Below the pieces are notes generated by a model, which worked only from the letters and a program-made list of their open reading frames with translations, had not been told where the DNA came from and ran no database searches. From NCBI GenBank assembly GCA_010093815.1, contig ML996573.1: a stretch of 64,000 nt of DNA; one strand, written 5' to 3'. Shown piece by piece: positions 37,301-52,554 of the stretch. This DNA is from Pseudovirgaria hyperparasitica. Taxonomy: Eukaryota. Position numbers and translations under genes: made by a program. How positions within the stretch are numbered: the stretch's first letter is position 1; the number at the start of each line of letters is the position of its first letter.

Positions 37301-38634
37301 GGGGTTGGAGTGACCGGTCCAGATGGCTCTTCGCTCGACGCGCTCCTTTCGAGGAGTGGGATCGAATAGGTGGTCTAGTCTACTATCAAGCCATTCCATC
37401 CGTCCATCAAAATGATGTGCGAGAATAGTAAAAGAGCGCTCAGAGTTATTGTTACAGAAGGAAATGAACCGAACATTTTCATAATTTCCTGTTGGGTCTT
37501 TCGCAAGATGTAAGTGGAGACCTTCACAGTGAGCAATGTTGAACATATCTGTCGCATTACGAGGCTTGTTGCTGATGTTCTCTAGGCCCCAGGCGGACAT
37601 ATTTCCCCGGTCATCCAGAACTACACAAACCTCTGGCGTCCTATTGGCGATCATGATCAAATGGTCAAGTGTGTGCTGGTCGCTGGTATCTCTAGCTGAT
37701 TCTTGCACTGCACGCTCAGTCGCAACCATGAAATCACGGCTGTCGATTATGAATGCATATCTTTTCTGTTTCTGGGGTGCTGTTGGTACTATGCGCGGCT
37801 GGATCGACTCTAGCAGATCGATTTCACCCCACAATTGCATGATCTGAACACCATGTGGATCTCCAGGAACCCAGATCCTCATTTTGTTGTCCAAACATGT
37901 TGTGTACAGTACGTTCATTTGCAGCTGCTCTTGGTGGTATGGTTTCCTCCAGTGGATGCCAGTTATTGTGCTCGGATGAGGGAGGTAGGCATAATCGAAG
38001 TTCTGGGCAGCCGAGCCAAACCCTAATCGATGCCAAATCTTCAAAAATCGGTCATGAATACCAGTCGATGCGATGAGCGCAGCATCCGGCGAGAATTGGG
38101 CGAATTTTACTGGATTAGCTACTGCTTTGCTCCATAATTCCTCGGCAGTATCGTGAGTTGCGAAGAGGGTGAGGTACGAATCACCCATAAGCAACTCTTC
38201 GTCGGCCCCCCAGGAGAGCGTGGACGTCTCGTGGTGAGGGCTGTGTAACTTAAGCTGGCATTGTAAAGACCACTGGCCAAGTCAGTGCCAACCCCGTAGA
38301 TAAAATGGGATCCCGACCTTCAGTGCATCTTCATCCTGGCCATAGGGCTTGTATACATAGACATGATCGCCTGCACAGGTCGCAATCTTTCCAGTTGCCT
38401 CATCCAAACACACTGCTTCCAAGCCTATCTCACTCTCTGTATATATCGTCTGTAGCACGCGATTCGGACCGCCAAGAATGACGAGCGCATTGCCGGAGAT
38501 ATAGATCTATAAAATTTAGTGACATGCTGCTAGGGTCGGATGTTCTGACATACAATAACTCGTAATCCATTCCAGGAACATGTCGTAGCGGCTTGCAGCT
38601 GAGGCTGGGGCTTGCCAGGGAGAATCGCTCGCAT
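34381..38634 (-). CDS. RAV1: Rav1, RAVE complex subunit (V-ATPase assembly regulator; WD repeats plus Rav1p_C), with an in-frame TGA at 34711-34713
   Basis: MRAILPGKPQ start; RLNGPLPVYHPQF..QCIL.GK, FEVIARNEYTK..EKNPVDCSLYYLALKKK.VL.GLWRMA, WKTAALKNAYALMGRRRF|EYAAAFFLL, Y.RMGCDVLALDLV*SWEFL. Three introns splice in frame. Confidence 0.93.
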
Positions 38635-39023
38635 GAGAGCTTATGAGGGCAGCCAAGTGTCACCGCGTCATATCTAGGTGGTGCTTTCAAAGCCGCACGT
38701 GCAGCTGGGTGTTGAAGACTAGTCTGGCAGCGTCAGTAGATGAGGGATCGAAACTGGAGGGTGTGGTAAAGTGTGTAGATGTCCACTGGAGATCCTAATA
38801 GTACTTAGAGGTATGCGCGAAGTCTGTAGTGGTGACGCAGCAAGCACAAACCCCCCGAGCTAACCTGGCCCCAGCTCCTTGCCTAGGTGGGAGCTTGGCC
38901 TTGGCTCTTCGCCGCCGCAGAGCCCTATGGACGTCCAGGCTATAATTAACCATCACTTCCAATGATTGTTGCAGTAATACGATTCAACTTGTTCTTCCAA
39001 GCTTCTATCAAGCTATCTTCAAG

Positions 39024-40853
<1,830 letters not shown>

Positions 40854-41021
40854 GTCTGCTCTCGTTGATGGCTGATCCAGAACTCAATATCAATTTCCAC
40901 CTAGGTGATTAAATAAAAAATCACTTTGCGTGCTGGATCGGGCAAACTCCGGGAACTTTTTGATTGGGCTGTCCTGAATCTCGACCACCACCCTCACGAC
41001 CAAATAAAAGTGGCTCTTGAC

Positions 41022-42572
41022 ATGATTCAACTCAAAGCCGCACAGGCTTTATTGAGTATCTTACATGCATCACTCGATCAGGAATATGATGAGAATGACG
41101 ATATTGTCAACAGCGGGCAGTCCGTCCGCTCCATCATCGAGACACGCCCAAAAGTAGTCATCGAGCGGGCACATGACATGCTATATGCATATCCCTGGCG
41201 TGAGGTTCCCACCTACTGGCGTCGAGTCTATACAGATGCGTCGCTATGGGCAGTAACACGAATTCTCGAGCGCCATGTACAACCAATTGGAGGACCCGAA
41301 TACGTGAACGAATTCGAGCGCGAGGAAAAAGAAGAAGGATGGCCCCAGCTAGTCGTGCGGCTCCTAGATATGGCAGTCATCATGACCGGCGCTCCACGAA
41401 GGACCGAGTTGATTGAGACTATCTTTGCTGCTCTTGAGGAGCTGCTCGATGCGAATAAAGACGCCAACGAATACGCTCCCTTGGCGAAGCGCAGGAAGAC
41501 ATGTCCCAGTATAGGGGTCAATAACAACGAGACATCCTTCCTCTCGCCGAGCAGGTCCTCAGTCGCACTCAATCACCCTGTTCACCGTGCCGTCGCTCCA
41601 TCACTAGGCGAATTCCAACAACACATTGATACTATCCACAGCCCCATGGTAATAACCAACGCGCTCACCCACTGGCCCGCCCTCAGCACACGACCATGGT
41701 CCAAGCCATCATATCTCCTCTCCCGTACACTGGGCGGCCGGCGACTAATCCCCGTTGAACTCGGGCGCAGCTACACGGACGACGGTTGGGGACAGCGCAT
41801 AATCCCATTCAAGCAGTTCCTAGATGAGTACATGGGCCATACACCCCTGGACGCAGCATCCTCAAGACCACCATCAGGACCACCATCAGGACCACCATCA
41901 GGACCACCATCGCCATCGCATTCAGACTCAACCACCACGGTCAACGGAAACATACATGCCGCTACTAGGCAGACAGCCTACCTTGCTCAATATGACCTTT
42001 TCGCTCAAGTTCCCTCCTTACGCGCCGACATCGCCGTGCCGGACTACTGCTATACCGCACCTCCGCCTCCTCCCGCCAACATCTCACAGCAGCCACGACT
42101 GCTAGAGGAGCCGCTGTTAAATGCCTGGCTTGGGCCCGCCGGGACCATTTCCCCGCTGCATACTGACCCATACCATAATATTCTGACGCAGGTTGTGGGT
42201 GCAAAGTATGTCCGGCTGTATGCGCCAGAGCAAACGCCAAACGTGTATCCTCGGGGCGTAGACGTAAATGGGGTGGATATGAGTAATACGAGTGAAGTTG
42301 ACGTGGGGCATTTGGTTGATATGAGAACGAGTGGGAGCGTGGAGGAGGGTAAGGCTACGGAGCCAGACGGAGTTGAGGATGAGGGGCACAGGCATGGGTC
42401 AGGAAAGACGAGGCAGAGAAATGAGATTGAGAGACGGTATCCAAAGGTCCTGGGGGCGAAGTATGTGGAGTGTGTGCTGGAGGCGGGTGAATGTCTGTAC
42501 ATCCCGGCGGGTTGGTGGCATTACGTTCGAAGTCTGAGCCCAAGCTTTAGTGTGAGCTTCTGGTGGAATTAG
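41022..42572 (+). CDS. JmjC (Cupin_8) 2-oxoglutarate/Fe oxygenase, JMJD5/KDM8-like
   Basis: YPWREVP..WRR.Y, LDMAVIMTGAP, WPAL..W, RLIPVELGRSYTDDGWGQ, YLAQYDLF.Q.P.LRADI.VPDYC, NAWLGPAGTISPLHTDPYHN, GECLYIPAGWWHYVRSLS.SFSVSFWW. First ATG at 41022. Confidence 0.92.
   Translation: MIQLKAAQALLSILHASLDQEYDENDDIVNSGQSVRSIIETRPKVVIERAHDMLYAYPWREVPTYWRRVYTDASLWAVTRILERHVQPIGGPEYVNEFEREEKEEGWPQLVVRLLDMAVIMTGAPRRTELIETIFAALEELLDANKDANEYAPLAKRRKTCPSIGVNNNETSFLSPSRSSVALNHPVHRAVAPSLGEFQQHIDTIHSPMVITNALTHWPALSTRPWSKPSYLLSRTLGGRRLIPVELGRSYTDDGWGQRIIPFKQFLDEYMGHTPLDAASSRPPSGPPSGPPSGPPSPSHSDSTTTVNGNIHAATRQTAYLAQYDLFAQVPSLRADIAVPDYCYTAPPPPPANISQQPRLLEEPLLNAWLGPAGTISPLHTDPYHNILTQVVGAKYVRLYAPEQTPNVYPRGVDVNGVDMSNTSEVDVGHLVDMRTSGSVEEGKATEPDGVEDEGHRHGSGKTRQRNEIERRYPKVLGAKYVECVLEAGECLYIPAGWWHYVRSLSPSFSVSFWWN
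41866..41911 (+). repeat. 12-bp coding tandem repeat (GACCACCATCAG) x about 3.8, encoding (PPSG)n in a JmjC loop
   Basis: Directly visible. Confidence 0.9.
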
Positions 42573-42867
42573 GCTCAGGGGGACGTTGGGTATGCATGCA
42601 TGACCAGAAGAGGCTGCAGTACTGCTTCCAAGAGATGGCGAACCCTTCGTGACTAAAGCGTCGCCGGATGCTCGAAAGAAACTACATTCGTGTGTAACTC
42701 ATTCTCGCTAATGCGACTGGTAAGCCGAGATGCATCAATATTCCAGCTCTATGGCCGTTGCTGCCGCTAAATCCAGGGAATGCGTATAGTCGCCCTGTAC
42801 TCCTGTCTCGAGATGCAAGTCGCCTGCACGCCGCAACCTCCAGGTCCCACCCACCCTCATATCAGTC

Positions 42868-43672
42868 TTACTCGAATTCCAGACTATCCCGTACACATTT
42901 CCGCACTCTCTTCTTAAACTCTTGTGGGCTATCGCGCCACATTGTTGCAGCCTCTACATTCGCCGGGCTCTCGTCGTTCGGACTGCTAAGCATAGATATT
43001 ACAGATAGCAGGATTGTTTCGGGTGTCTGTACGGGTGACCAACGCTCTGAGGCTGATTCGTAGCCGTACTTGTCCTCTTCAGGTGGGTGCAGAATGGATA
43101 TGCAGACCTCGCCGTTCTTATAGACTGTGTCACACGGGAATCAGCGATTATGCAAACTCTAGGTAGTATGCTAAATTCGGATATGGAGAAGGGTACAGCG
43201 AGCGGCTGGGTATCAGGGACTGTGAGACAGATAGTGAACATACTGTTTGGATGCCAAATAGGCGTTTCAAACTTCATTTTCGGTGGCATCAGGGGATATT
43301 CGGCCGGAAACGTCAGTCTTGCGCGAAAGAAGCCACCTAGGTCGCACAGCGTTAGCGTTCTAAGTCACCCAAGAAAGAGATCTATAGCCAGCTGCTCATG
43401 GCTCCAGGGCTCTCATGGATTGTTTCCAGCTCCAAACCTGGCGCAAGTGTATAGGCCCGCTCGTGACTTCATGGTCGATGCTGGGACCAGGAGCGCGCAG
43501 GAGTACAAGACTCACCGCCATAGAATTTGCACTCGTCACTAATCATGAGCATGACCTCCCACTCAAAAACATTGCTGTCCACGAGACCGCAACTGATCCC
43601 AGGTATGTCCTTATCCGTTTGCATCTGTTTGAGTTGCCTTGCTAGGAGGCCGGCGGTGGCACTGGAAGCCAT
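42868..43672 (-). CDS. Ubiquitin-conjugating enzyme E2, UBE2G/Ubc7-Cdc34 class; 3 exons
   Basis: FEWEV, YG|GGFFRARLTFPAEYPLMPPKMKF, WHPN|IYKNGEVCISILHPPEEDKYGYESASERWSPVQT with catalytic Cys and acidic loop, PNDESPANVEAA. Confidence 0.94.
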
Positions 43673-44450
43673 TCTGGGGGAAGTATATGCTAGGTCGGTT
43701 GTAAGAGTAGGGAATGATGTCTTCGCTATCGAGATCGTGATTATAGACTGAGAGCCAGGTCGAGTGCTGATCGAAGGGCGGATGCTCTGGTCAGGAGGTG
43801 GAGACACTCTCGAGTTTCTGGCCTTCAGATGGTCGACACAGCTGAGGAATGGCGGCCTTTACGGCGATACGGGCAGGCGACGACGGGTAGACGTTATAGG
43901 GCAAAGAGAAGCACTCTATAGGCAGAACAAAGATTTCAAGCGGATGCAAATGTGACTGTTAGCGTGTGCAAACGATACGATGTCCGACACGATTGTTTCA
44001 GTCAGTGAAGGGAGCGGGGTTGGGCCTGATCTGGGCGGGTTGAGTTATGGATGAGGACAATCTTGATAGCTGGCAGCTGGCAGCCGGGGGGACTAATTTG
44101 CTAGGGAGTTGCCTAGGCTATGGGCGGCTCGTACGGTACTGTACCTAGCTGCCTATGAGGTAACTCTCAGGCCACTGCTTCGGGCAGAGCCAGCTCGTCT
44201 TGCACGAACTGTGGCCGTGTACGTTATATATTCTGATTGAACATGGCCAGTCTAGAAGCGAGATTTTTCAAGTTTGGAGCTCCGGCGCTCCTCGTAAACA
44301 CGAGCTGAGACACCATATCGAACCGAATGCCACCACTCCTTCATATTACATACAACATCAAAGATCATTCATGACCAAGTCACCCTTGGCCGTCGTTTGC
44401 CTATTCCTTTTGGTCTGGCCACCACAATACCGTACTACCAGTCATCTCGC

Positions 44451-46519
44451 TCAAAGCCACGGTCCATGTGTGCCATCTCCAAACCCCCGAGTGCTCGCAG
44501 CCAAGCTCCTCAGCGTGTCTGCTCCTACGCTCCGCTTGTTTTGCAGTGCCAGCTTTCGAATCTCCCACAATGGTTTATCCAGATTCTGCAGTTCTCTCAG
44601 TGCCTCCTTCCGTGGTCGGAGAGGCGTTTCATCGCCCTTCGATCTGTTACGCATATGTCTCCAGATCTCTTGAGCATGATCGACATCATCGTCGGCTGAA
44701 TGACGCGCGGCAGACTCTGTAGACTTCAGGCCACCAAGTGGGAGGATAACATGGGTTGGAGGCCTTTGGAAAACTCCAGCCAACCCACGAAACGGCTTAT
44801 CATACGTCTCATGGGAGAATCGTGGTAATCGTGGTTGTGGAGGGCTCAAACGAGCCAAGACATCCTCTTTATCTGTGACGCATTCATCACCATGAGTAGC
44901 GAGGTGAACCTGTAGACTGCGTCGGGCCATCTCGAGGTAATCTGGGCACGCACATGGCCGAGAGGCTGTGAAGCTCTGATCTAGTTCGCTCAAAGCTTGT
45001 ACTGCAAGCAGTTCCGTCGCAAGTGCGAATATCAGCTTTTCATGCAACACTTTTGCGTGAAGTCGGCTCTTGCCACCATCGTCTTCTGATGGGACTGCCC
45101 AGAGACTTCCACAGCTTGTTCGTCTCAAGAAGCAGGCCTCCTGGGTTGAGACCTCAGAATGATCTGGAAGTAGAGTATGCCGATATCGGCATTGGATGAA
45201 TAGCATCGGATTCAAGCTTTCCCCCAACAATGTCTCCAGTTCGTGGAAGGCGATGTCAAGTTCAGACAATTTGTCTTCCAGAGAAAAAGAATTTTGATCA
45301 TGCACGGCTGGTTGACGTCGGCCAACTTCGACTCTCACCATTATTAGCATCGTTTGGTGCGCTCTCAAAACAGCTTCATTCTTAGAGCCGATGACTGTAC
45401 GAATGGTACATCCCTGACAAGCTTCGATAGTCACGACGACATCACAGAGCTCACCGAACACAACCGGGTCATTGAGCATAGTGTGGTGCTGAGCATGAGC
45501 TGAATTGTGAAGTACAGCCTCGGCTTCTATAGCGATCCAGAATGACTCATCATCGTCAGCATTGAGAACCGATATTTCTGACAGGATATGCAACTGCATG
45601 GATAACAAGGCTTGCGAATGTTGCGGGATATCAGCTGGACAGTGTTCGAGCGGCGCTTCGCAATGATCATCGACCTGTGAAGTTTCCATTGTACAGGCTC
45701 CCATGTTCATCAAGCGTAAGTCGGTGCTCTTGGTTCCATCACGCCTGATTCGATCCGAGCTATAGAGGTGAATAAGCAGAATCGCTATATGCGTGCGCAG
45801 CTATCCTACCTCATTGACGGTTCAAATATAGACTTTGTTTGCGAGTCTACACCTAAGGACGAATGCTTTAAACTCAAGTTCCCGGGCTTGAGAGCCGGGT
45901 CAGTCGCAGTTTTGGTGGAAGATCTTCTGATCAAACCGGTAGTGGTGAAGCTGCGCTGCGATAGACGAGGATATTTAGACTTCGCGCCGTCGAGCATCTT
46001 GACAAAAGCTTTCCTCTTACCAGACTCTCGCCTCTGGAGACTGACTGGGAAATCTTCGTTGTTCAATTCGCGAAAGTAGACAGGGATGTTCTCTTTATCT
46101 GATATGACCGCAGCATCTGACCTCGTAACATTCCCTCGATGATCAGCTTGATGTGCTGGTAAGTCGTTACTAGGCCCCATACTGGTTTCGTCATACTGGT
46201 TTAGCCTTTGATCATCTTGATGAGCGGGCGGGAACGTATAGCGACTGTCATCTGACTGAGCAGCATCGTAGGCTGTAAGGGATCGTTCAATCCGACGCTT
46301 GCGAACTCGGAGGGTTGCATTAGTCGGGAGCAGCGGTGGCGACGGAGTTCCCATTACAACTGGTGGACTTGATTCGACTCGTCGTATGCCGGGAGACAAC
46401 AGAAGGTTGCTCGAGTCGGGAACGGCGCGCACTCTCGATGGTCTCGTAGGGAAAGTAAATTGTGAATGAGACTGTTTGTGATAATTGATGTCATCTTGGA
46501 ATGAATTAGGCATTGCCAT
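44451..46519 (-). CDS. Hypothetical protein (about 670 aa); 2 exons
   Basis: 237-aa and 420-aa ORFs join in frame through an intron at about 45761-45810; disordered N-terminus, globular middle, C-terminal ALQNKRSVGADTLRS...PWL. No domain recognised. Confidence 0.75.
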
Positions 46520-46954
46520 AATTATCTTACGTCAATTGCTTTACGGTGTTGTGATGGGAACGGTGGCTGCGAGAGGTAAATGCAGTGCTCACAAGAAAAG
46601 ACTTCCAGTTCATGATTGAGCGAACTTGTCTATGGTCGCTCTTTCCTCGTTATTGCTGCATGATCCTCTGCCACGTTCACCCTCCACATACCATTAAAGA
46701 TACATGAGCATTCATATGTGCTTGCTCGGTGTTGACTATTTCGAGTCCACGGAAGACTTATCTCACGTTGGTTTCAGCCACGGTCTCTTATGTCTACACA
46801 ATAAATATCCGCTATGGTGCTAGAGACAAGCAGGCTCCAAACTCCCATCGCGCAGGACGGCTCGCCAGGCTATGCCATCTAGGGTTTTATAAGACGTATT
46901 TGGTGCTCGCACATAAGTCCAACAGACTATACAGGCTCGCAACGCGACTGTTTT

Positions 46955-48130
46955 CTAATGTATCCCTTGTATTGCGCCGACTGATGCCTCAATTTCCTTC
47001 TTTGCGCGGAGAAGGCCGACATCATCTAGGTCTAGAAATTGAATCTAGAAGAGTCAGTAATGAGCGATATTGGACAGCTTGGTAGCAGTTTATACTTCGT
47101 CTGGCCCGCCTGCAAATAGAACTGGGTCAGAAAGACTGGCCTTAGTCCCTCTCCTGACTCTCTCCTGCCACACTCCTTCCCAATTCCACTGTCCTGGTCT
47201 CCTACTTTTACTGCTTGACATGCTGCTCCTGGGGTTAGCAGATTTGCTACAGTCTGTTTGGCCGGGAGTGGTTAGGATCGGGCCAGTCCCGCGATGTGTC
47301 CTCCAGGCATGGAACGCGCCTGGATTTGCTGCAGCTGCCAATGGAATTGAATCCAGAACGGCTTCGTCGCAAAAGCTTGACTGTATGTATTGCAGAATCT
47401 CGGTGACACACAAAGATTTCTGTAAGCGTGACGTCGTCCAAGAACGTTGCTTATTCTCAGTGGTTATACTGTCCAAGGGACTGCCACTTGCAGGCGCGTA
47501 GGTCGGAGATTGCATAGGACGAGCGGAATCACTCGTGTTTCGCGACGTCGATGTGACCCTCTTTGCGCCGTTAAACATGTGGGGAAAGCCATGGCGTAGA
47601 CTGAAGACACCCGGGGGTAGTCTCTCTTCGTCAGAAGCACTGACAGTGTCGGCATCGGTTCCACCAGTAGAATAGGTATACGTGGTCAAGGGAGTAAGCA
47701 GTGGGTGGAATAGGTCTGTTGAGAAGGTCACCAGGGGAGGAATGCTTGGATAGCCGAGAGGGAAGGACATGCGGAATCGCAGGATTGAAGGCGCATATGG
47801 ACCTAAGTTTGATGGTTATTGCAGCCCGACGGAATGAGTCAAGAGGGCAGTGAAGCAGAAATGAACAGCCCATAGGTTGGAGATGGCTCCGAGACTGACC
47901 TTGACGGATGAAGATGACGCCTACCCAAAGCGTGGGATCGCCAGATGTCAAGCTCACGTAGACGCCGTCGAGCTGAGCATGACGCACACTTGCACTGCAA
48001 GCCGTCAGTTCTTCCTGGGCTGGAGAGAGTCGTGGAGATGGATGTTTGATGGGCTTATGCCGTACAATTCGAGGAGCAAGTTCTGTGAGCTGAAAGATTG
48101 TAGGCGCGCGCTCGCGGAGAAAGGATGCAT
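46955..48130 (-). CDS. ftsA: UBC-fold E2 variant, AKTIP/FTS-like (FTS-Hook-FHIP complex); 4 exons
   Basis: Spliced: QNLLLE|FAS.....DGVYVS....DPTLWVGVIFIRQ|GPYAPSILRF.MSFP..YP..PPLVTFSTDLFHPLLTP; no catalytic Cys after FHP; last exon IQFLDLD...* at 46955. Confidence 0.75.
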
Positions 48131-51100
48131 GTTCGTCGGGTGCTTTAGAGGGAAGATGATGGGTCGTAGGACGGGGTTCGGGCTTTGTCACAGCATAGCA
48201 TGGACATGGGAGAATGTGAGTGAACAATGAGTGACAAGCGACCAGCGATAGCTTTGGCAATGTCAGACTTGCGCGCAGACTCCCTGCACTCACTCTCGGG
48301 CCACTGCACTGTGCCCTGCAATAATTATTACTTACTATCGACTATCCATAGACGTACGTTTTATTATCATCATCGTCATATACGCAAGTCCCCGGTCCCA
48401 CGGCATGCAAAAAGCCTTGGGTTATGCTGCACGCTTTTTGCAACCTGCTCACGAGACTCGACATTCAGCGTGAACCTCACAATCATGTATTGATGCACTT
48501 TGCACCTTAGTTCCGTATACGGCGTCTCACCGCCTCGCTCCGAGCCGTTGGTGCAGGAAGATCAACAGCACTTTATACCATAATCTTTCTTGAGATACCA
48601 TAGCAAACACCGTTGCGCCCCGCCACGAGGACAAACAAGCGATTCTTTATTGTCATTGGTACGATTATATCATGTGCTCGAAGACTTGACAGCTCGAGGA
48701 GTTGAATGTCCTAGGACTGGATGGACCTTCCACCGCATGCATGGAATTCCAGGGTTGACAAAGCTAGGGGGTGGTCGAGTCGCGCTCGATACCTACTTGA
48801 TATCGTACCAGTCTTACATAGTCTTACATAGTTCTTACCTTGCAGCTATGATGCAGAAGGGTCGGCGCTGAACCCGTGTTTCGGAGTTGATAGCTACAAC
48901 GGGCCGAACTGGCGGTGGCCCAGATCATGATTACACGATAGACGATTTGCATCCCTAGGAAGCTTAGACACGTGGTCCACCTGTTGAACCGAAGACTGAT
49001 CCAAATGTCAATAGATGTTACAAATGCAACTTATGAGCCTTGCACTGCACTTAACCTAGCTGTCGACCGGGGGTCATAAGAGGGCTTCAGCCGCGGACGC
49101 CCGGTCGGGAAGTGCAATGCATATCAACAACAAGGGTATAGATCAGATAGACCAACAAGCCTTGCCCCCCTCCCCAAACCCAAAAAAAATTCCCTACCCA
49201 GAAACGATCTTCCAAGTCAGACAACAAGATATCAGCAACATTGTCTATGCTATTGGAGTTGCAGCTCGCCGCAAGGCGAATGACTCACCATTCTAAAATT
49301 CTTTCGGCGAATCCGACAGTACCGAGAATCTGGTGACAGCCCTCTGACGATGGAATGATAGGAGACACGCACCTTGTGATGCCGTGATGTGGCTTCGTTG
49401 GCACCACTTGCCGCACAAATCCGTAAGGGTAGTCATCCCAGATCACCGAGGTTGAATACTGAGATGAACAGTAACATTAACAATAATAATGACAACACAG
49501 TTGATATAAACACTAGATGGTGAGCGTTGCGCTGCGTTGCTCATAGAGCTGGATGGTATTTTGACGGGCGGAAATGTATACGCATCGGACCTTGGCGTAC
49601 GTATATTGTTGAAGGTGGGCATGGTGACGTTACAGCGCCTTTAGAACTCTGCACGGAAAGCTTAGTTGATCAGCCGGATTCCGGCCATGAGGAGGAGGAG
49701 ACATAAACTAATCAGATTTACTAGATTGGGCCGTAGAGACTTCATTTGGTTCTAGAACTGAGAAGCGAAGGATCAAAGGGACGAGCTTTGGGGCGAGGGT
49801 GAGGACCGTTGTCTGTCAGGACTCACTATTATGCTGTATTACAAGGTATATAGTAGAGTAGTTGAGTGACAAAATACTTTTCGCCATCTCGGTTCCTGTG
49901 GCTCCATCATCCGACAGGCTGTGGGCCACTGCTCCTCAGGACTCTGGGTCTGGGATTGTAAGATTCTAATCTCTGGGATTCTGGGATCTTGAGACTTTGA
50001 TGAACAGGCCAGCTGCTAATTAATTAGAATTTTTGGGCCTGTTGACCACGGCTGACGGCGAGGGCGAGGCGTACCTGGTGATTAGGGGCCCCCCCTTCTA
50101 GCGCTCACTTTCCCAGCGTTTCAACGTTTGATCCCCACCAGGCTGCATAAGAAGTCGCGTGGCATTTGTTTCGACTACTGACCAATGGGCTCCTCCGCAC
50201 TCTACTAGCTAGCCTGACTGTTCTTACAACTCTACCCTACTACCGGCGATTTGCCTCCTTCTTTTCACCGCTCTCTTTACCAGTCAAATGCCAGAAGACC
50301 CTGCTTGTTGCTAGAATTGACGCTTGATGCTGTTGTTGTTTGGGACGCCGTCTTACTGCGGATGCCGAAGCCGGATCCACTCTGCTCACCTGACTCCCTT
50401 CTTATGGGTCTATACTATTATAGTCTAATTATGGGACGAGCACTGTTTGCCTTTCGGTTTGCCTTTACCTTTGTCGTTGCCTTTCGATTTCTCTTGTTGC
50501 CTCGTCTGGTAGCGGAAAATGGAAATATACATCCGTGCCGTGGTAATGGGATCCAGAGCCGAATACGCCTCTCTACTGGTCCGGAACATCGTCCGCCTCC
50601 CCTCGCCTTGCCCATGACCATCCATCTTCATTCTCCACCGACAGACCCAAGCAACCCTCGTGTCGCGATCGCTCATTCGGAGACCACAGGCATCGATACA
50701 CCGCCCTTTCGAAACTACAGGAGCCGCATCGCGAGTGGGCGGGAAGACAGGTGTCAGAAGCGAAGATTTCGACACGAAGCCAACAGAAAGACGTCCGACC
50801 AGTTGCGCAAGCGCCCACGTCCGTCTAGGCAGTTTTGCGCCGAGTATAGCGTTCCGTTGATGGCCAAGTGCAAGCGAATGACATGCCCAAGACGTATGTC
50901 AACTTCCTGAACCAGCTCTGAGCTGCGAAGCGACAGTAACATAGTACAGTGCGCGCAGTAGTGTTTAGGGCCCGTAAGGCTCCAAGTCAGAAGTTAAAGC
51001 CAACACCCGTAGCTGAGTAACCTGTGCTCCTGAAGAGTGTGCAGATCCCATAGCCTTTGCCTTCGTCACTCATCGCAGTATCTATCGTACATCTCACGAC

Positions 51101-51889
51101 ATTGTGATAACGAGAATTTTCAATTTTCTTTCGCACACTCGCACCGTATGTCGTGATAGACTGACAGTACAGTATGTGACCGCATTTGCGGCCCATCCTG
51201 CAAAACGGTTTCGCGTTAGGAGCAAGGGGGGCAACAGGGGGTAAAGCAGAGGAGGGGGGAGGGGGGTTAGTGATCTGTGATGCATCGCCGGATTGGGCTT
51301 CCAGACGGGCCCGGGGATACGGCACGCGGGCTTCGGGTCACTTTAGTCCCAAGCCGCGTACAAACAGCTGGAAAGCTTCCAAACTTCGACTAGAAGACAT
51401 TCATCACAATCACAGTTGCACACGCACACACGCGTACACACGCATATACCCGCATGCACATTCTGAAGACAGCTGCGCCGGAAATCTAGGGAGGCGCGCG
51501 GAGCATACCGTGTGGCCCGCCAAGCTGAAAGAAAGCCTCGGGCCTGGGTTGCTATTTCTCCACGCACAAACACCACAAACACCACAAACAATGCCTTCAA
51601 CCAGGCCCTTGGTTGGTGTGTGGATCACCACATAGGAGGACATCTTGATTGGTCGCGGAAGTCTTCCAGTTCTACCCGCCGTTGGGCGACAGTGTACCAG
51701 GTTGAGCAGCAAACCGTCCGCCTTCCTCTGTCGACCGTCAACCGTCGACCGTCATTCCATGCTTCCGTCACTAAATGGGATAGTTTGTCTTTTGACTCCC
51801 AAGGTTCCGTTCAGGGGCATGTCCAGTCGCCCTTCCTCTTCCTTATGGGACTAGCGCTGTCACTACGTCGACTTCTGGTCCCACGACCG

Positions 51890-51982
51890 ATGTCATCATA
51901 TGCTGCTATGCACCAAGACTGCATGCCGAAATGCTGTACGAGGCCAGCGAGGCCATCGAGGCCAGCGAGCCCGGTGTTGTAA
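51890..51982 (+). other. Candidate 30-aa upstream ORF (MSSYAAMHQDCMPKCCTRPARPSRPASPVL*)
   Basis: Short ORF about 570 bp upstream of the MFS gene on the same strand; no conservation evidence available. Confidence 0.3.
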
Positions 51983-52554
51983 AACTCGCAGTCACCACCT
52001 GGTCATGCTGTGCTTCCTGTGAGTTGCTCGCACATAGCGGTGGCTCTGGGTCAGTGTCGGTCAGTCATTCACAGAGCGAGTCTGTCTGTGTGTATTAGCC
52101 GCGAGGGCGCCGTCAGGAGTAACAACCATAACCGCCTTACTTTTGTTCGACTACATATTTCATCCGCGCCCTCCGTCTCGGAAAGAAGAAATGAAACGGA
52201 TGTAGGCCATCTACAATTTACCTTCCTCCCGCCGCCGCCCCGCAAAGTCCATCCCTGTTTCGCCGTTTGTTGCTAGTCAGGCTCGCCCAATGCTGCATAC
52301 TGCTACTGCCGTCCAGCAAACTCGAACAAATGTCATACACGTCCTGAAATAAATCTTCCTAATCCTGAGTCCGTGTCAACCGCTCCACACTTGGCCACGT
52401 TTTGCCTGCTTTACCATCGTTCCGGTAGCCCCCCCCCCCTGCTCTGGTGTCTCTCATCTGTGAGCGCCAGAGTATTTAGGATTCTGGTCCCCTCTTCACT
52501 ACTCCTGTTCGCTACATTCGGCATCTACCACACTACCTCTCCACATCCACACAT

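Noticed and set aside
40926..41021. TTG-initiated N-terminal extension of the JmjC protein
   Set aside because: Eukaryotic gene; the extension lies in the shared promoter, and the first ATG is at 41022.
43337..43514. Intronic snoRNA in the long E2 intron
   Set aside because: No convincing C/D or H/ACA box arrangement seen on the transcribed strand.
50251..51800. 219-aa, 149-aa and 156-aa ORFs in the long intergenic region
   Set aside because: Non-ATG starts, overlapping on both strands, no recognisable motifs; likely chance ORFs.
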